A DNA stretch of 64,000 bases, taken from NCBI GenBank assembly GCA_963675295.2, contig CAXXKJ010000002.1, forward strand, positions 2,176,001 to 2,240,000, given 5' to 3'. The notes below the pieces were generated by a model, which was given only the letters and a program-made list of their open reading frames with translations, made no database searches and was not told where the DNA came from. The number at the start of each line of letters is the position of its first letter. Position 1 is the stretch's first letter. The position numbers were made by a program, and so were the translations under genes. Shown here piece by piece: positions 36,433 to 48,350 of this stretch. The DNA comes from a bacterium. Its GTDB lineage: Bacteria > Electryoneota > Electryoneia > Electryoneales > Electryoneaceae.

Positions 36433-36634
36433 AACGGTACGGATTTCGTTCACGATAGCGGAACCGGCAATTTGCAACCGGATTCCGGCGGTAAGTATTC
36501 CGCACAACGCGGAAAACGCAAGTATACGACTGTAAGAGGTACACATTCCTCTCGGGAGGCGTTCCCAAACTCCGCCTGCCGAGCCTCGTCTGCAAGCGCT
36601 ACATTGTCACGATTGGGCTGGAAACGAGGGTAGT

Positions 36635-37267
36635 ATGCGCGGAAGAGGATTCTTTGCGGCAGCGTTTCTGCTGTTGACCTTGATCGTCTGGGCCGGTTGT
36701 GCCGGGCCGTCACAAGACCGGCGTTCCGATGCGGACACGCAAACTCTGGATCAGCAGCCGGGTGACGCCGATGTCGAACTGGACGAGCAGGTCTATGTAA
36801 ACGTGTATGGATCCGGCGGTGACGACTGGCGTGATTCCTGGCAACCGGACATCAAACCGCCGGCGAGGTTCGACCTGACCGCCGGGCGTGACGAGTCCAC
36901 GGACAGCGCCGACGAGGACAGCTTGCGCATGGTGCAGGGATTCCGGCTGCAGTTGGCCGATGTTCTCGAGCATGGGGCCGCGACCGAGATCCAGGATCGC
37001 GCGCTGGCGTGGTTTGATCACGTCTACGTCACCTTCCGCAGTCCGAACTACAAGATCCGAGCCGGGAATTATCAGACACGCGGCGAAGCGGTTTTGAAGC
37101 TGGAGGTTGCACGGGAACACGGTTTCCGCGATGCGTGGATTGTCCCCGACTATGTGTTCGAGAACCCGCCGCCGCCGATGCGAACTGTCGTGGACAGCCT
37201 GGCGGCGGACAGCCTCGCCGTGGATGCGGAAACTCTTGCGCCACAACCCACGGATGCACCTGAGTAA
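36635..37267 (+). CDS. SPOR-domain lipoprotein
   Basis: Lipobox WAGC; GFRLQL, PNYKIRAG, FRDAWIV. Confidence 0.8.
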   Translation: MRGRGFFAAAFLLLTLIVWAGCAGPSQDRRSDADTQTLDQQPGDADVELDEQVYVNVYGSGGDDWRDSWQPDIKPPARFDLTAGRDESTDSADEDSLRMVQGFRLQLADVLEHGAATEIQDRALAWFDHVYVTFRSPNYKIRAGNYQTRGEAVLKLEVAREHGFRDAWIVPDYVFENPPPPMRTVVDSLAADSLAVDAETLAPQPTDAPE

Positions 37268-37302
37268 CAGATCTGGGCGAACTGTACTGAGATCCTGAAC
37301 GG

Positions 37303-38673
37303 ATGAGCCACGAATTCTCGTCAAAACGCAGCCGCATCGTCGCGGCGATCTTTATTGCAGCATTGGTCGTGATTCTGACCATTGTCATCCTTGTCGTCAA
37401 CACCATGTACGGATCGTCCGAGGTTGAGGACGACCTGGCGGCCCTGCCGGAAGATGTCCTCTCAGCCACTGACAGCACCGGCTTCTCATTCGATGAGGAT
37501 GCTCTTGTCTGGACCAACAGCCACCTGCGCAACGGTGAGGCGCTGTCCACATTTTTCGACCGCATGGATGTGCCCGACACGTTGCGGCCACCGCTGATCT
37601 CCGCTCTGAAATCGCAGATCGACATCCGTAAAATGCCAGCGGGGACGGAAATCGACCTCGGCTGGGAAGGATTGCGCCTGCAACGAGTCGATTTCTCGCA
37701 TGGCCGGTTCGATTCCGTGCTGCAAGCAGGCCGTAACGGAGATGAATTCGTCGCTCAATGGGTGGTGCTGCCCTCGGACACGTTGCTCGCCTACTACGAG
37801 GGCGAGATTCCGATCGGGGGGAGCGTCTACGAGTCCATCGTCGCGGGGCGCGGGAACGCCCGTCTCGCGATCAAGTTCTTCGAGGTCTTCCAGTTCACGC
37901 ACTACTTCGCGGTGGATACCCGCCGTGGTGACCGCTTCTCATTTGTTGTCGAGGAAATCTGGCGTGAGGACGAACGTGTCGGCTTCGGCAACATCCTCGC
38001 CGCACGCTATGCTGGTGAGTTCGACACATTGACCGCGGTGTTCAAGGCGGACGGAATCGGCGCGGGCGAGCTGTTCGACGCCGAGGGCGAGACCTTCCGG
38101 CGTGATTTGCTCCGGGTCCCGTTCCCGGCCGCACGCATCACCAGCACGTATGGCGTTCGCCGGCACCCGATCTCCGGACAGGTGAAAATGCATCACGGCG
38201 TTGACCTCGCGGCCGATCGTGGCACGCCGGTCGTGGCGGCGGGGAAGGGAGTCGTCACCAAAGCCGAGTACGGTCATCCCGGCTACGGCAACTGGGTGCA
38301 TATCAAACACGGCGACAGCGGTTTCGAAACACGTTACGGTCATTTCCAGAAGATCGCGAAACGAATCCGTGCTGGCGTGCATGTCGACCAGGGCACCGTC
38401 ATCGGCTATGTCGGCAGCACCGGGCATGCCACCGGACCGCACCTGCACTACGAAGTGTTTCGTGACGGTCAGCGGATGAACCCGCTGAAGGTGAAAGGCT
38501 CGCCGGTGCAGCGCATTGACGGGGAGGAGCTGGCGCTGTTCCTTGATCAGGTCTACCGGCCGTGGTCGTTCGTCCTCGATCAGGGCGACGAGCACTGGCG
38601 GATGTTGTATCCAGCCACCGCGATGCCGATGCCGAGCGTGCTCACCACCGCCCTCGCTTCATCCGCACCGTAA
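37303..38673 (+). CDS. M23 family peptidoglycan endopeptidase (MepM-like)
   Basis: N-terminal TM; HHGVD, GYGN, TRYGH, TGPHLHYE. Confidence 0.9.
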   Translation: MSHEFSSKRSRIVAAIFIAALVVILTIVILVVNTMYGSSEVEDDLAALPEDVLSATDSTGFSFDEDALVWTNSHLRNGEALSTFFDRMDVPDTLRPPLISALKSQIDIRKMPAGTEIDLGWEGLRLQRVDFSHGRFDSVLQAGRNGDEFVAQWVVLPSDTLLAYYEGEIPIGGSVYESIVAGRGNARLAIKFFEVFQFTHYFAVDTRRGDRFSFVVEEIWREDERVGFGNILAARYAGEFDTLTAVFKADGIGAGELFDAEGETFRRDLLRVPFPAARITSTYGVRRHPISGQVKMHHGVDLAADRGTPVVAAGKGVVTKAEYGHPGYGNWVHIKHGDSGFETRYGHFQKIAKRIRAGVHVDQGTVIGYVGSTGHATGPHLHYEVFRDGQRMNPLKVKGSPVQRIDGEELALFLDQVYRPWSFVLDQGDEHWRMLYPATAMPMPSVLTTALASSAP

Positions 38674-38691
38674 CGTGGTGACGCATGGTAT

Positions 38692-38948
38692 GTGCCCCTG
38701 ATGGCTCCGCCAGCAGGGCTGATCGCCGCCTTCCGTCACCGGCATCACAATTCTCCCGCCTGATCATTCTCACCGCGCTCCGCCACGTTGTTCACCGCGT
38801 AGCGGTGACGGGTGGTTAGCGTGTGGCTTCAGCCACACGTCGTCCGTCGGACTCCAACCCTTCGCCGCCTCTTTTCGCGTCCTGTAGGGACGCCGCATCT
38901 CACACATCCCCCAACGAAAAAACGGGACAACCCATCGGCTGTCCCGTC
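38692..38948. repeat. REP-like cluster: family E (38692), family A (38792-38898), D-like hairpin (38921)
   Basis: Direct matches to the other copies in the window. Confidence 0.85.
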
Positions 38949-38975
38949 CTTGATTCATCGAATGTTACACCATCA

Positions 38976-39755
38976 TCACGCGTCTTCGTTCGCTTTCGCC
39001 AACGGCTTCCGTGCCAATCCGACAATATCCGGCGAGGTTTCGGCGTCGAACGGTGTCCCGGAGAAATCACCGTAGAAATCGTTCGCGGCGAATCCTGCGG
39101 TTTTCAGTTCGGCGGCGAGGTCGTCGTGAATCCACGGGCTCAGCTCGGTCGAATACACGTCGTGTACCCAGCCTTCGTTGACCTGTCGGAAGTGGACGAT
39201 ATTGAAGCGAACCTTGTCACCCTCGAAATCGTTGAACCGGAAGTACAGCTGTTCATGCCCGCTTGAACGGTGCGTTGTCGGCAGCAGGAACCGTTCCTGT
39301 GTCTTCAGCAACCGGTCGTAATTGCGGTTTTGGAACACGAACACGCCGCCCGGTTTCAGCAGCGCGAACACATCTCGAAACAACTGTCCCAGTTCATCAC
39401 GATTCTGCAGGTGTGGGATGGAATTCCCGAGGCACAGGATCGCGTCCAGCGGGCCGTCCACTTTTTCGTGAAGTTCGGCGAAAGTACCGTTGACAAACTG
39501 GATACCGTCGTCATCGTCCGGAACCGTCGCCCGTGCGACATCGAGCAGGGCCTGCGAGGCGTCATACGCGATGACGTCGCAGCCCCATTTCCGGAACATC
39601 AGCGAATGGTGGCCGGTACCGCAGGCGAGATCGAGCACGCGGTTGATGCGGTTTTCGCCGAACAGGCGCTGCAGGAACGGGGTTTCCCGTTCGAGCCGCG
39701 TCTTCCAGCGGATCATGCTGTCGTATTTCTCACCGAGCTCGTCATAAAATGACAT
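38976..39755 (-). CDS. Class I SAM-dependent methyltransferase (glycine/sarcosine N-methyltransferase-like)
   Basis: VLDLACGTG, LCLGNSIPH, LKPGG, NYDR. Confidence 0.85.
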   Translation of the reverse strand: MSFYDELGEKYDSMIRWKTRLERETPFLQRLFGENRINRVLDLACGTGHHSLMFRKWGCDVIAYDASQALLDVARATVPDDDDGIQFVNGTFAELHEKVDGPLDAILCLGNSIPHLQNRDELGQLFRDVFALLKPGGVFVFQNRNYDRLLKTQERFLLPTTHRSSGHEQLYFRFNDFEGDKVRFNIVHFRQVNEGWVHDVYSTELSPWIHDDLAAELKTAGFAANDFYGDFSGTPFDAETSPDIVGLARKPLAKANEDA

Positions 39756-39773
39756 GATAACAATCCTCGGGGG

Positions 39774-40094
39774 TCAGCGGACTGGTTTGACGTCCGCGTC
39801 CGGACTGTAATGGATACGATAGACGGTGTCGCCGGGATAGATCAGGTTCTTCTCCCGCGCGACCTCCTCCAACGTGTGCGGATCGCCCTGTTCGAGCAGA
39901 GCGAGCCGTTCGGTGAGGAATTCCCGGCGTGCTTCCAGCGCGCGAGCTTCGGTCGTCAGCTCAGAGTGCTGCTGCTTCAGCTCGCGCACCTGCAACAAGC
40001 CTGCTTCGCGGTCAAAAATGACAAACGTAGCCAGTGCGAGAAACAGTCCGGCGAGGCAAGCGTACATCCACGTGCGTTTACCGGAAATGATCAT
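39774..40094 (-). CDS. ftsB: Septum formation initiator FtsB/DivIC
   Basis: TM, coiled coil, LEEVARE..LIYPGD; directly downstream of eno. Confidence 0.75.
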   Translation of the reverse strand: MIISGKRTWMYACLAGLFLALATFVIFDREAGLLQVRELKQQHSELTTEARALEARREFLTERLALLEQGDPHTLEEVAREKNLIYPGDTVYRIHYSPDADVKPVR

Positions 40095-40119
40095 GGCTTA
40101 CGTATGCCCCCGTGTTGGT

Positions 40120-41406
<1,287 letters not shown>

Positions 41407-41512
41407 CTATCATCCTCACGAGATCGCACGACGGCACGCGGGCCGCCGTTCAATGGCAGAAAAAAGCGTTTGTGGTCACTTGATACAGGATTGTCCACAA
41501 ACGCGCAATGGG

Positions 41513-41878
41513 TTAAAAGTCTTCGCTGTCCGGATCAATGAAGAATTCGTCATCATCGGCCGGCGCAGGCAAGGCTTGCTGGATTTCCAGCGCGTCTTCG
41601 AACCGGTCATCCGGCACCAGAATATTAGCGGAATACCCGGTGCTGATATCTCCGCTGTAAATCGCTTCGATATAGCTGGGAATTCCCTCTTCATCCAGTG
41701 CGTCGAGCAATTGGGTTGCGTGCGTCAACGACGAAACAGGATCGAGTTCTACCCACGCGTCATCGTCAACCTCATCAAACATTTCCCGGGCGCTCCCCTC
41801 GACCAGGGGGCCACCACCGACGACGCACTCGTCCACATCGTCATCGTAGTCAATGCGAGTGCTCGGACAATACCGCAT
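41513..41878 (-). CDS. DUF2007-like protein with degenerate N-terminal zinc ribbon
   Basis: MRYCPST..ECVVGG; LDEEGIP and ILVP..RFEDA pattern. Confidence 0.65.
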   Translation of the reverse strand: MRYCPSTRIDYDDDVDECVVGGGPLVEGSAREMFDEVDDDAWVELDPVSSLTHATQLLDALDEEGIPSYIEAIYSGDISTGYSANILVPDDRFEDALEIQQALPAPADDDEFFIDPDSEDF

Positions 41879-41911
41879 TCCATCTCCGAAAAACTGAGGT
41901 TACCGTCTTGC

Positions 41912-44059
41912 TCAGGGAAGGGCGACCACCAACGGCGAATCGGTCACGTCCCACTGTCCCTTCGCGATATTCTCACCCGCTGTGAAAGCCAGGTAACTGT
42001 ACTTGCCGTAATGGGGCAACTTCCGCGCCAACGGTTGCAACGCACCGGAAGACGATCCCCATACATCCATGTGTACGACGTTCGGGTGGTCGTTGTTTCG
42101 ACTCGCCCACACGAGCGCGAGAGCCTCAGGCGACGGCGGCGAATCCTGCAAACTGCCGGTCATCAGCACGCGTTCGGAGGCGTGTTCGCGTCCCATACGA
42201 AGCACTGATCGTTCCGCCAGCATCTCATCCGTCACGTCTCCCGCTTCCACGTACTCCGCATCCGTCCGAGCCAGCATCGTTTCCGCGAACTGCTTGTAAG
42301 CGTTTCGCATTGGATCACTCGCTGGTGGCAACACCACGATCGGCTGCTCCGCGCCATAAAAACCGGACAGCGTCGGCGGGGCTTCCAGCGGATCCAGTTC
42401 ACGGAAAACGTTGTAGTCAGGATCGATGTCAACGCGCACCGGACGCTCCTCGGCCGGAACGCGGGCATGGTACATCTCGCCATTCACGTCACGCAAGACG
42501 TGATCCACGGAAGAGCCGCTCGCAAAGTGCACCCGAACCGGCACGTCCACGTGGAACGGATCTCCGTCCTGTGTCTGGACTAAGTCGAATTCCAACAAGT
42601 AGTTAGCGTCACCTGTGTTCTGCTGCACGATGGGATTCTGCACCTTAAAAGCTGGAGCCCCGGGACGATCAATCCACTGCCGTTCGTACCACCCGAAATC
42701 CTCGCCGCTCACCACTTCGAATTTGTCAAAGAAGTCGGCCCACGCCACCTTCTCGAACTGGTGCTCCATGTAGAAGTCACTCAGCGCCTGCGTGAACACG
42801 TCCGGGCCAATCCGGTTGGCGATCATGTGATACACCATCATCACCTTGCCGTAGCCGATCGTGCGGCTGCCGGCGGTCGTCCGCGAGGTGAACTCCCGCA
42901 CCGGGAAGTCTTTGTCCTCACCACGAATCACGTAATCGCTGTAGTCCCGCAACAGGTCGAGCCGGTACTGCCGCTGCCCGCTCGGATCACGCTGCCCGGC
43001 ATAGATATAATCTGCCTGATAGACGGTCAACCCTTCGCACCAGTTACCGCTGTCATAATCCACGAGTACGCCGTTACCCCACCAGTTGTGCAGCACTTCA
43101 TGGCCCAGCGAGGTGTACACGATGAACGGCAGTGCCAGCACGTCGGTTCCCAGCAACGTGTAGCTCGGCATGCCATAGCCAGTCGGGAACCAGTTTTCGA
43201 CCACGCTGAAGCGGTCGAACTGGTACGGGCCGATCATCTCGTTGTACATCGCGATGTAGCGTGCGGAATGGGTCAGGTAGCGTTCAACCAGCTCAGGATC
43301 GTCCTGATAGTGGTACATCGCGATCTCGGTACCGTCCTGGTCGATCGTGTCCAGTATGTAGGGCCCGGCGACGAGATACGATCCATCAAGCGGATGCACC
43401 GAGGAGAAGTGGACCGAGGTGTCGGTGTGCGCCGAGATGTTGCCCTCCGCCAATCCTTCCCAGGATTCCGGGTGCAGGATCGTCGTCTCGAACGTGCTCA
43501 ATCCCGCATCGCCTGGCAGGAACGGATAATACCCCGTGTTCGGCACCAGGAACGCGCCCCGCTCTTCGATCAGGCCGGTGGTTTCGTCTGCAATTGCCCA
43601 GCGGTTGAACGAGGCGACCTCAACGTCATCGTTGATCGGTCCGCAGTAGCTGAAGGTGAGGGTTACGTCGCCGGTGGCGCTGACGGGGATGCCGTACAAC
43701 GCCAGGTGGTCGTTGCTCTCATTCCAATCGGAATCACTCAGCAAACGGCCCATCTGCTTGCCGACGGCTTCGTAACCCGAACCCAGCAGCAGCAGTTCGC
43801 CCTGCTGGACATCGCCCTCCGCGCGGGCCTCGCCGATATTCAGATCTTTGTGCAGCAGGAAGAAGAAGGTGTCGATCCGGGCCGGGGTCCAGGTGAGATT
43901 GACCTGTGCGTCCAGCATGTGATCGGTGGGGGAGAGTTCGTAGGTCGCTTCGTACGACGAGACCTGTCCTAACGGATAGGTTTCGGCCTCCTGCTTCGGT
44001 GCACATCCCGCGAGCAGCAGCCCCAGCAACACGACGGATACGACGGCGATCCTGTTCAT
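41912..44059 (-). CDS. M1 family aminopeptidase lipoprotein
   Basis: Lipobox LAGC; GYGMP, HEVLHNWWG, NWCEGL, KLPHYGKYSYL. Confidence 0.88.
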   Translation of the reverse strand: MNRIAVVSVVLLGLLLAGCAPKQEAETYPLGQVSSYEATYELSPTDHMLDAQVNLTWTPARIDTFFFLLHKDLNIGEARAEGDVQQGELLLLGSGYEAVGKQMGRLLSDSDWNESNDHLALYGIPVSATGDVTLTFSYCGPINDDVEVASFNRWAIADETTGLIEERGAFLVPNTGYYPFLPGDAGLSTFETTILHPESWEGLAEGNISAHTDTSVHFSSVHPLDGSYLVAGPYILDTIDQDGTEIAMYHYQDDPELVERYLTHSARYIAMYNEMIGPYQFDRFSVVENWFPTGYGMPSYTLLGTDVLALPFIVYTSLGHEVLHNWWGNGVLVDYDSGNWCEGLTVYQADYIYAGQRDPSGQRQYRLDLLRDYSDYVIRGEDKDFPVREFTSRTTAGSRTIGYGKVMMVYHMIANRIGPDVFTQALSDFYMEHQFEKVAWADFFDKFEVVSGEDFGWYERQWIDRPGAPAFKVQNPIVQQNTGDANYLLEFDLVQTQDGDPFHVDVPVRVHFASGSSVDHVLRDVNGEMYHARVPAEERPVRVDIDPDYNVFRELDPLEAPPTLSGFYGAEQPIVVLPPASDPMRNAYKQFAETMLARTDAEYVEAGDVTDEMLAERSVLRMGREHASERVLMTGSLQDSPPSPEALALVWASRNNDHPNVVHMDVWGSSSGALQPLARKLPHYGKYSYLAFTAGENIAKGQWDVTDSPLVVALP

Positions 44060-44080
44060 CGTACTTCTCCCTCGTTGACC

Positions 44081-44836
44081 TCACAGCCCCAGCGACCACA
44101 ACACGATCAACCCACCGGATGTTGTCGCGATCAGGTTGACGATATCGTTATCAACCCAGCGCAATCCACGGAGAAGACGGCTCTTTTTTCCAGCGGGAGG
44201 CGTTTCGTGGAGCTCACCGGTTGGACCGTTCCACAAGCCTTGCACCCACGCACCGGCGAGACTGTCGAGCAGCGATCCGGCAGTGCCTGCAAGAGTCACC
44301 CACAATGCGTACTTCCACAGGATCATCCCGGTCGCGGCGCAGAGCACGGCGATAAACGCCGCGCCGGCCACCGTGGCCAGCGTTCCCACCAGGCTGATCG
44401 CGCCCGATTGCCCGGGAGGCACGGTGCGAAATGTGCGCAGGCTCAGCGGACGTCCGCCGAAAGATCCGCCCCATTCCGTCGCCCACGTGTCCGCGGCTGC
44501 GGCAGCGAAACTGGCGGCGACCGCCACGCCGAACCGTGGATCGCTAAGCACCAGCGCGACAGCGGCGAACACCATCCCCGGCAACCCGTTGGCGAGTACC
44601 TGCCGCGCATGGCGGGTGCGGTCTCGTTCACGTGATGCTCCCGGCCAGCGTGTCCATACCGATGAGCTGATCAGGAACGCCAGCGGCGCCGTCAGCCAGC
44701 TCCAGCCACCGGCCCACAACAGTGGCAACGCCATTAACGTCGCGACGAACGTCGCCGGCCAGGTCAGCAGGCGAAAGGCGAGGATCAGTCCCACGCCGAT
44801 CAGGACAACGATGAGGTAGGTCATGGCAGCGCTCAC
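44081..44836 (-). CDS. DUF92 (TMEM19-like) membrane protein
   Basis: QVLANG, ADTWATE.G, PPGQSGAISL, DSLAGA, NDIVN. Confidence 0.9.
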   Translation of the reverse strand: MSAAMTYLIVVLIGVGLILAFRLLTWPATFVATLMALPLLWAGGWSWLTAPLAFLISSSVWTRWPGASRERDRTRHARQVLANGLPGMVFAAVALVLSDPRFGVAVAASFAAAAADTWATEWGGSFGGRPLSLRTFRTVPPGQSGAISLVGTLATVAGAAFIAVLCAATGMILWKYALWVTLAGTAGSLLDSLAGAWVQGLWNGPTGELHETPPAGKKSRLLRGLRWVDNDIVNLIATTSGGLIVLWSLGL

Positions 44837-44970
44837 GGCTGCCCTCCGTCAGATTGCAGTCAACTCGAACGTAGCGGGAGCGGAGAACGCTGTCAAGAGG
44901 GTTCCGCCAACAACGGTTCACTATCTTCCAACCTGCTCAATACGGGTCCAAGTCCAAGCGAAGGCGTGTA

Positions 44971-45750
44971 ATGACACAGACTTTGCCATCCATGACCACA
45001 CTGCGCAAACTGTCGCAGAAGAAGTACCGTGACCGGGAGGGGTTGTACCTGGTCGAGGGTGCCTCGGCGCTGCGGGACGCGATCCTCAGTGATCAGCCGC
45101 CGGTGATGCTGTTGTATGAAGATCGTGCGAACGACCGCGAGGTGGACAACCACCTGCTCGAGTTGGCGCTTGAACGCAAGGTTCCGGTGCGCGAGCTAAC
45201 GGACGGCGAACTGGTCCGCATCAGCGGGCTCAAGACCGCGCCGCCGGTCGCCGGGATATTTGCCCTGCCGGAGGCGCATGACCCAATCGGGCCGGGACCC
45301 GGCGAGGTGGTGCTGGCATTGGACCGGGTGATGGACCCCGGCAACCTCGGAACGTTGATCCGCTCGGCGTTGTTTTACGGCGTGCACGATATCTGGCTCG
45401 GGGAGGGCACCGCGGACCCATTCAACCCGAAGGTGGTGCGTGCGAGCATGGGGGCACAGTTGCATGCGCGGCTCTGCCGGAACGTCAAGCTGGAACACGT
45501 GCTCGCGGCGGAAGTACAGAGAGGGACACGCGTGCTCGCGACTGACATGGACGGCAACGACCGGTTTCAGCCGGTAGCTTCCGGTTCTCCGCCCGCGATC
45601 CTGCTGCTCGGGAATGAACCGGCCGGTGTTGCACCGGGGCTGATCACGGTGGCGTCCGAACATGTTGCGATCACTCGGCGTGGGCCGGTAGATTCGTTGA
45701 ATGTGGCGATGGCGGGGGCAATCCTGCTGGATCGCCTGCTCGCTCGCTGA
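44971..45750 (+). CDS. TrmH/SpoU family RNA methyltransferase
   Basis: DPGNLGTLIRSA, KVVRASMG, LGNEPAG, DSLNVA. Confidence 0.93.
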   Translation: MTQTLPSMTTLRKLSQKKYRDREGLYLVEGASALRDAILSDQPPVMLLYEDRANDREVDNHLLELALERKVPVRELTDGELVRISGLKTAPPVAGIFALPEAHDPIGPGPGEVVLALDRVMDPGNLGTLIRSALFYGVHDIWLGEGTADPFNPKVVRASMGAQLHARLCRNVKLEHVLAAEVQRGTRVLATDMDGNDRFQPVASGSPPAILLLGNEPAGVAPGLITVASEHVAITRRGPVDSLNVAMAGAILLDRLLAR

Positions 45751-45764
45751 CGAACGGAATCCTC

Positions 45765-46727
45765 ATGGAACAGCTTCCGCAGAACGAACCCACAAAGCAG
45801 CCCGATCCGAAGAACGAGTACCCGATCAGCGGCAGGGACGTTGTCACCGTCGTTGTCACCACGCTGCTCATTCTGCTCGGAGGCTTTATCGTCATCGGTG
45901 CGCTCGGCACGATGGAGCTGGTAACGCCGAACGGTGATGTCGACATGGACACCATCGATCAGTGGGCGAGTGGCAACCTGGACACGCTGCCGATGTCGCT
46001 GAAGGTCGCGGCGATGTTCACGCAGATGCTGCTGATCGTCCCCGCGTGGGTGTTCATTCGCAGGAAAAAACTCGATACGGCGATATTCCTGCGTGTCCGT
46101 CCTGTCCCGGTGCAGCTGATCTTTTACTCGGTGTTAATCGGGCTCGGTGTGGCGTTGCTCGGGGACGAGCTCAGCCGCCTGATGAACTACGTCCTGCCAC
46201 TGCCGGAGGATATGGCGTACGGCATCCAGCGCATGATGCAGATCGACACCGTGCTCGACTTTCTCACCATGGGCCTGACCGTTACTCTCATCGCGCCGAT
46301 CGTCGAGGAGATGCTCTTCCGTGGCTTCTTTCAGCGCTACTTCGAGGCACGGCGTGGCGTAACCTCTGGCGTGATGATGGCCAGCGCGTTGTTCGCGGTC
46401 TACCATTTCAACATCTATTGGATGATCCCGATTTTGCTGATGGCGACCGTGATGGGCGCCATGGCGTGGCGCGCGGAATCGGTGCTGCCGACGATTATTG
46501 TGCACATGACGAACAACGGTCTCGGCCTGCTCGCGGCGAACGTGTACCCCGACGAGGAGCCGGGCTGGTTCCTGATGGGCGATCACGTGCATCCGTTGAT
46601 TTTGCTGGTCGCCATCGTGTTCCTCGTCTGGGGCTTGCGCAGCTACTTCAAGTTGTCGGAACAGAAGAATTTAGGCGGGCATGGTCCGGGCGGTCCGGTG
46701 GGTAAAAACCTCGACTCGGCGGTGTAA
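45765..46727 (+). CDS. CPBP (CAAX protease/Abi) intramembrane metalloprotease
   Basis: EEMLFRG, FAVYH, HMTNN. Confidence 0.9.
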   Translation: MEQLPQNEPTKQPDPKNEYPISGRDVVTVVVTTLLILLGGFIVIGALGTMELVTPNGDVDMDTIDQWASGNLDTLPMSLKVAAMFTQMLLIVPAWVFIRRKKLDTAIFLRVRPVPVQLIFYSVLIGLGVALLGDELSRLMNYVLPLPEDMAYGIQRMMQIDTVLDFLTMGLTVTLIAPIVEEMLFRGFFQRYFEARRGVTSGVMMASALFAVYHFNIYWMIPILLMATVMGAMAWRAESVLPTIIVHMTNNGLGLLAANVYPDEEPGWFLMGDHVHPLILLVAIVFLVWGLRSYFKLSEQKNLGGHGPGGPVGKNLDSAV

Positions 46728-48316
46728 TGGAAACGGTTCGTGTTGGTATCAGCATCCGGAAACCGGAACTGCACATCCGGCTCAACGGCAACACGGCGAT
46801 CTCGATGCCGGACCGGGCCGAACCCTACATCCTGCCACCGGGAACGTATACCGCACGTCTCGCGCAACGCAGCGAGACGCCGCTCTGGGGCGCGAAAGTG
46901 TGCTCCTTCATTGACCGTTCGCTGGCTGAGGAAGCCGCCGAGCTGCTTAGCGATTACGACCTCGCCTGTGACCTGATCACCATGGGCGGGTCCGTGTCGT
47001 GGGGCGACGACACCACGCTCGACACAACCGTAACCAGCGTCGTCATCGGGCACGGGGAAGATTCGGACCAGGTCCTTGCGAAAGCCCGGGAGCTGCTGAA
47101 CACCATCCCCGCCGAGGTGACTGTCAACATCCCCGGCCTCCGGCGTTACCAGGATGAGCTCCCGCGTGTCGAGGCGGTCCGATTGAATCCGCCCACTGGT
47201 GGACGAATCCAGATCCAGCGCGAGGGCGGCACCATCAGCAACACGGTCGCCTCGCCGGTGACCATCGTCCCGCAGGACCCGAACGATCATTTCGAGCTCG
47301 GCGACGTCACCATCGGCATCCAGTTCCACTGGCAGCACGACGAAGCGCTGAGTTTTCGCGGCTCAATGCAAATTGTTGCCGATGGGAACGGCCTGACCGC
47401 AGTCAACGAAGTCGAGCTGGACGAGTACCTCACCTCGCTGCTCGGTAGCGAGATGCGATCCGACTGGCCGGACGAAGCCCTTGCGGCGCAGGCGATTGCC
47501 GCACGTTCGACAGTGCTTGCGACACGCAACCGTCACCATTTCGGCGAAGCGTTCCAGCTCTGCCACGACGACCACTGCCAATGCTACCAGGGCGTATCCC
47601 GTGAGAGCGACGATGCCCGCCGGGTGCTGCAACGGGTCAAGGGCACGCTGCTGATGCACGAGGGGCGTGTCGCGGACGCACGCTACGCCAAGATTTCCGG
47701 GGTGCTCACCGATGGTCACGAGGTCGCGTGGGACGATGAGGTGGTGCCGTACCTGATTCCGGTGCCGTGCGGCCCGACGGACGATGATCGCATGGGCGAG
47801 GTGGAGACTGCGTTCGGACGTTCCGGCGAGGAAAACTTGCGCGAGTGGTTTCGCAACATGCCGGACTGGACCGCCTGCAATCCGGTCGCGCATCCGTATC
47901 CGCCTTCCGCGAAAGAGATGGAAGATCTGTATCTCTGGCATCGTTCCCTGACATGGGAGCAGGTGACGGAGCTGGTGAAAGAGCGGACCGGAACGGACAT
48001 CGGCCGGATTCACCACGTGGAGCCCCTGGAGCGTGGGATCTCGGGCCGAATCGTGTATCTTCGCGTGCACGGTTCCGCGGGGACGGTTACCATCGGCAAG
48101 GAACTGGCGATCCGGCGCCTGTTGTCGGACAGCCACCTGCCGAGCAGCGCGTTTCTCATCCGGGAAACAAAGAGTGGCCTTGATCTCGAAGGGCTCGGCT
48201 GGGGTCACGGCGTCGGCCTTTGCCAATTGGGTTCGTGCGGACTGGCGAATGCCGGATGGAATTTCCGCCGTATCCTGAATTTGTATTATCCGGGGTGTCA
48301 CTTGTTGACAGTGTGA
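46727..48316 (+). CDS. SpoIID/LytB domain protein
   Basis: YLTSLLGSEM, AQAIAARS, CHDDHCQCYQG, GWGHGVGLCQ, ILNLYYPG. Confidence 0.9.
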   Translation: METVRVGISIRKPELHIRLNGNTAISMPDRAEPYILPPGTYTARLAQRSETPLWGAKVCSFIDRSLAEEAAELLSDYDLACDLITMGGSVSWGDDTTLDTTVTSVVIGHGEDSDQVLAKARELLNTIPAEVTVNIPGLRRYQDELPRVEAVRLNPPTGGRIQIQREGGTISNTVASPVTIVPQDPNDHFELGDVTIGIQFHWQHDEALSFRGSMQIVADGNGLTAVNEVELDEYLTSLLGSEMRSDWPDEALAAQAIAARSTVLATRNRHHFGEAFQLCHDDHCQCYQGVSRESDDARRVLQRVKGTLLMHEGRVADARYAKISGVLTDGHEVAWDDEVVPYLIPVPCGPTDDDRMGEVETAFGRSGEENLREWFRNMPDWTACNPVAHPYPPSAKEMEDLYLWHRSLTWEQVTELVKERTGTDIGRIHHVEPLERGISGRIVYLRVHGSAGTVTIGKELAIRRLLSDSHLPSSAFLIRETKSGLDLEGLGWGHGVGLCQLGSCGLANAGWNFRRILNLYYPGCHLLTV

Positions 48317-48350
48317 CACGGATTCAGGCTTATACTGAGGTAGAGAAGGG

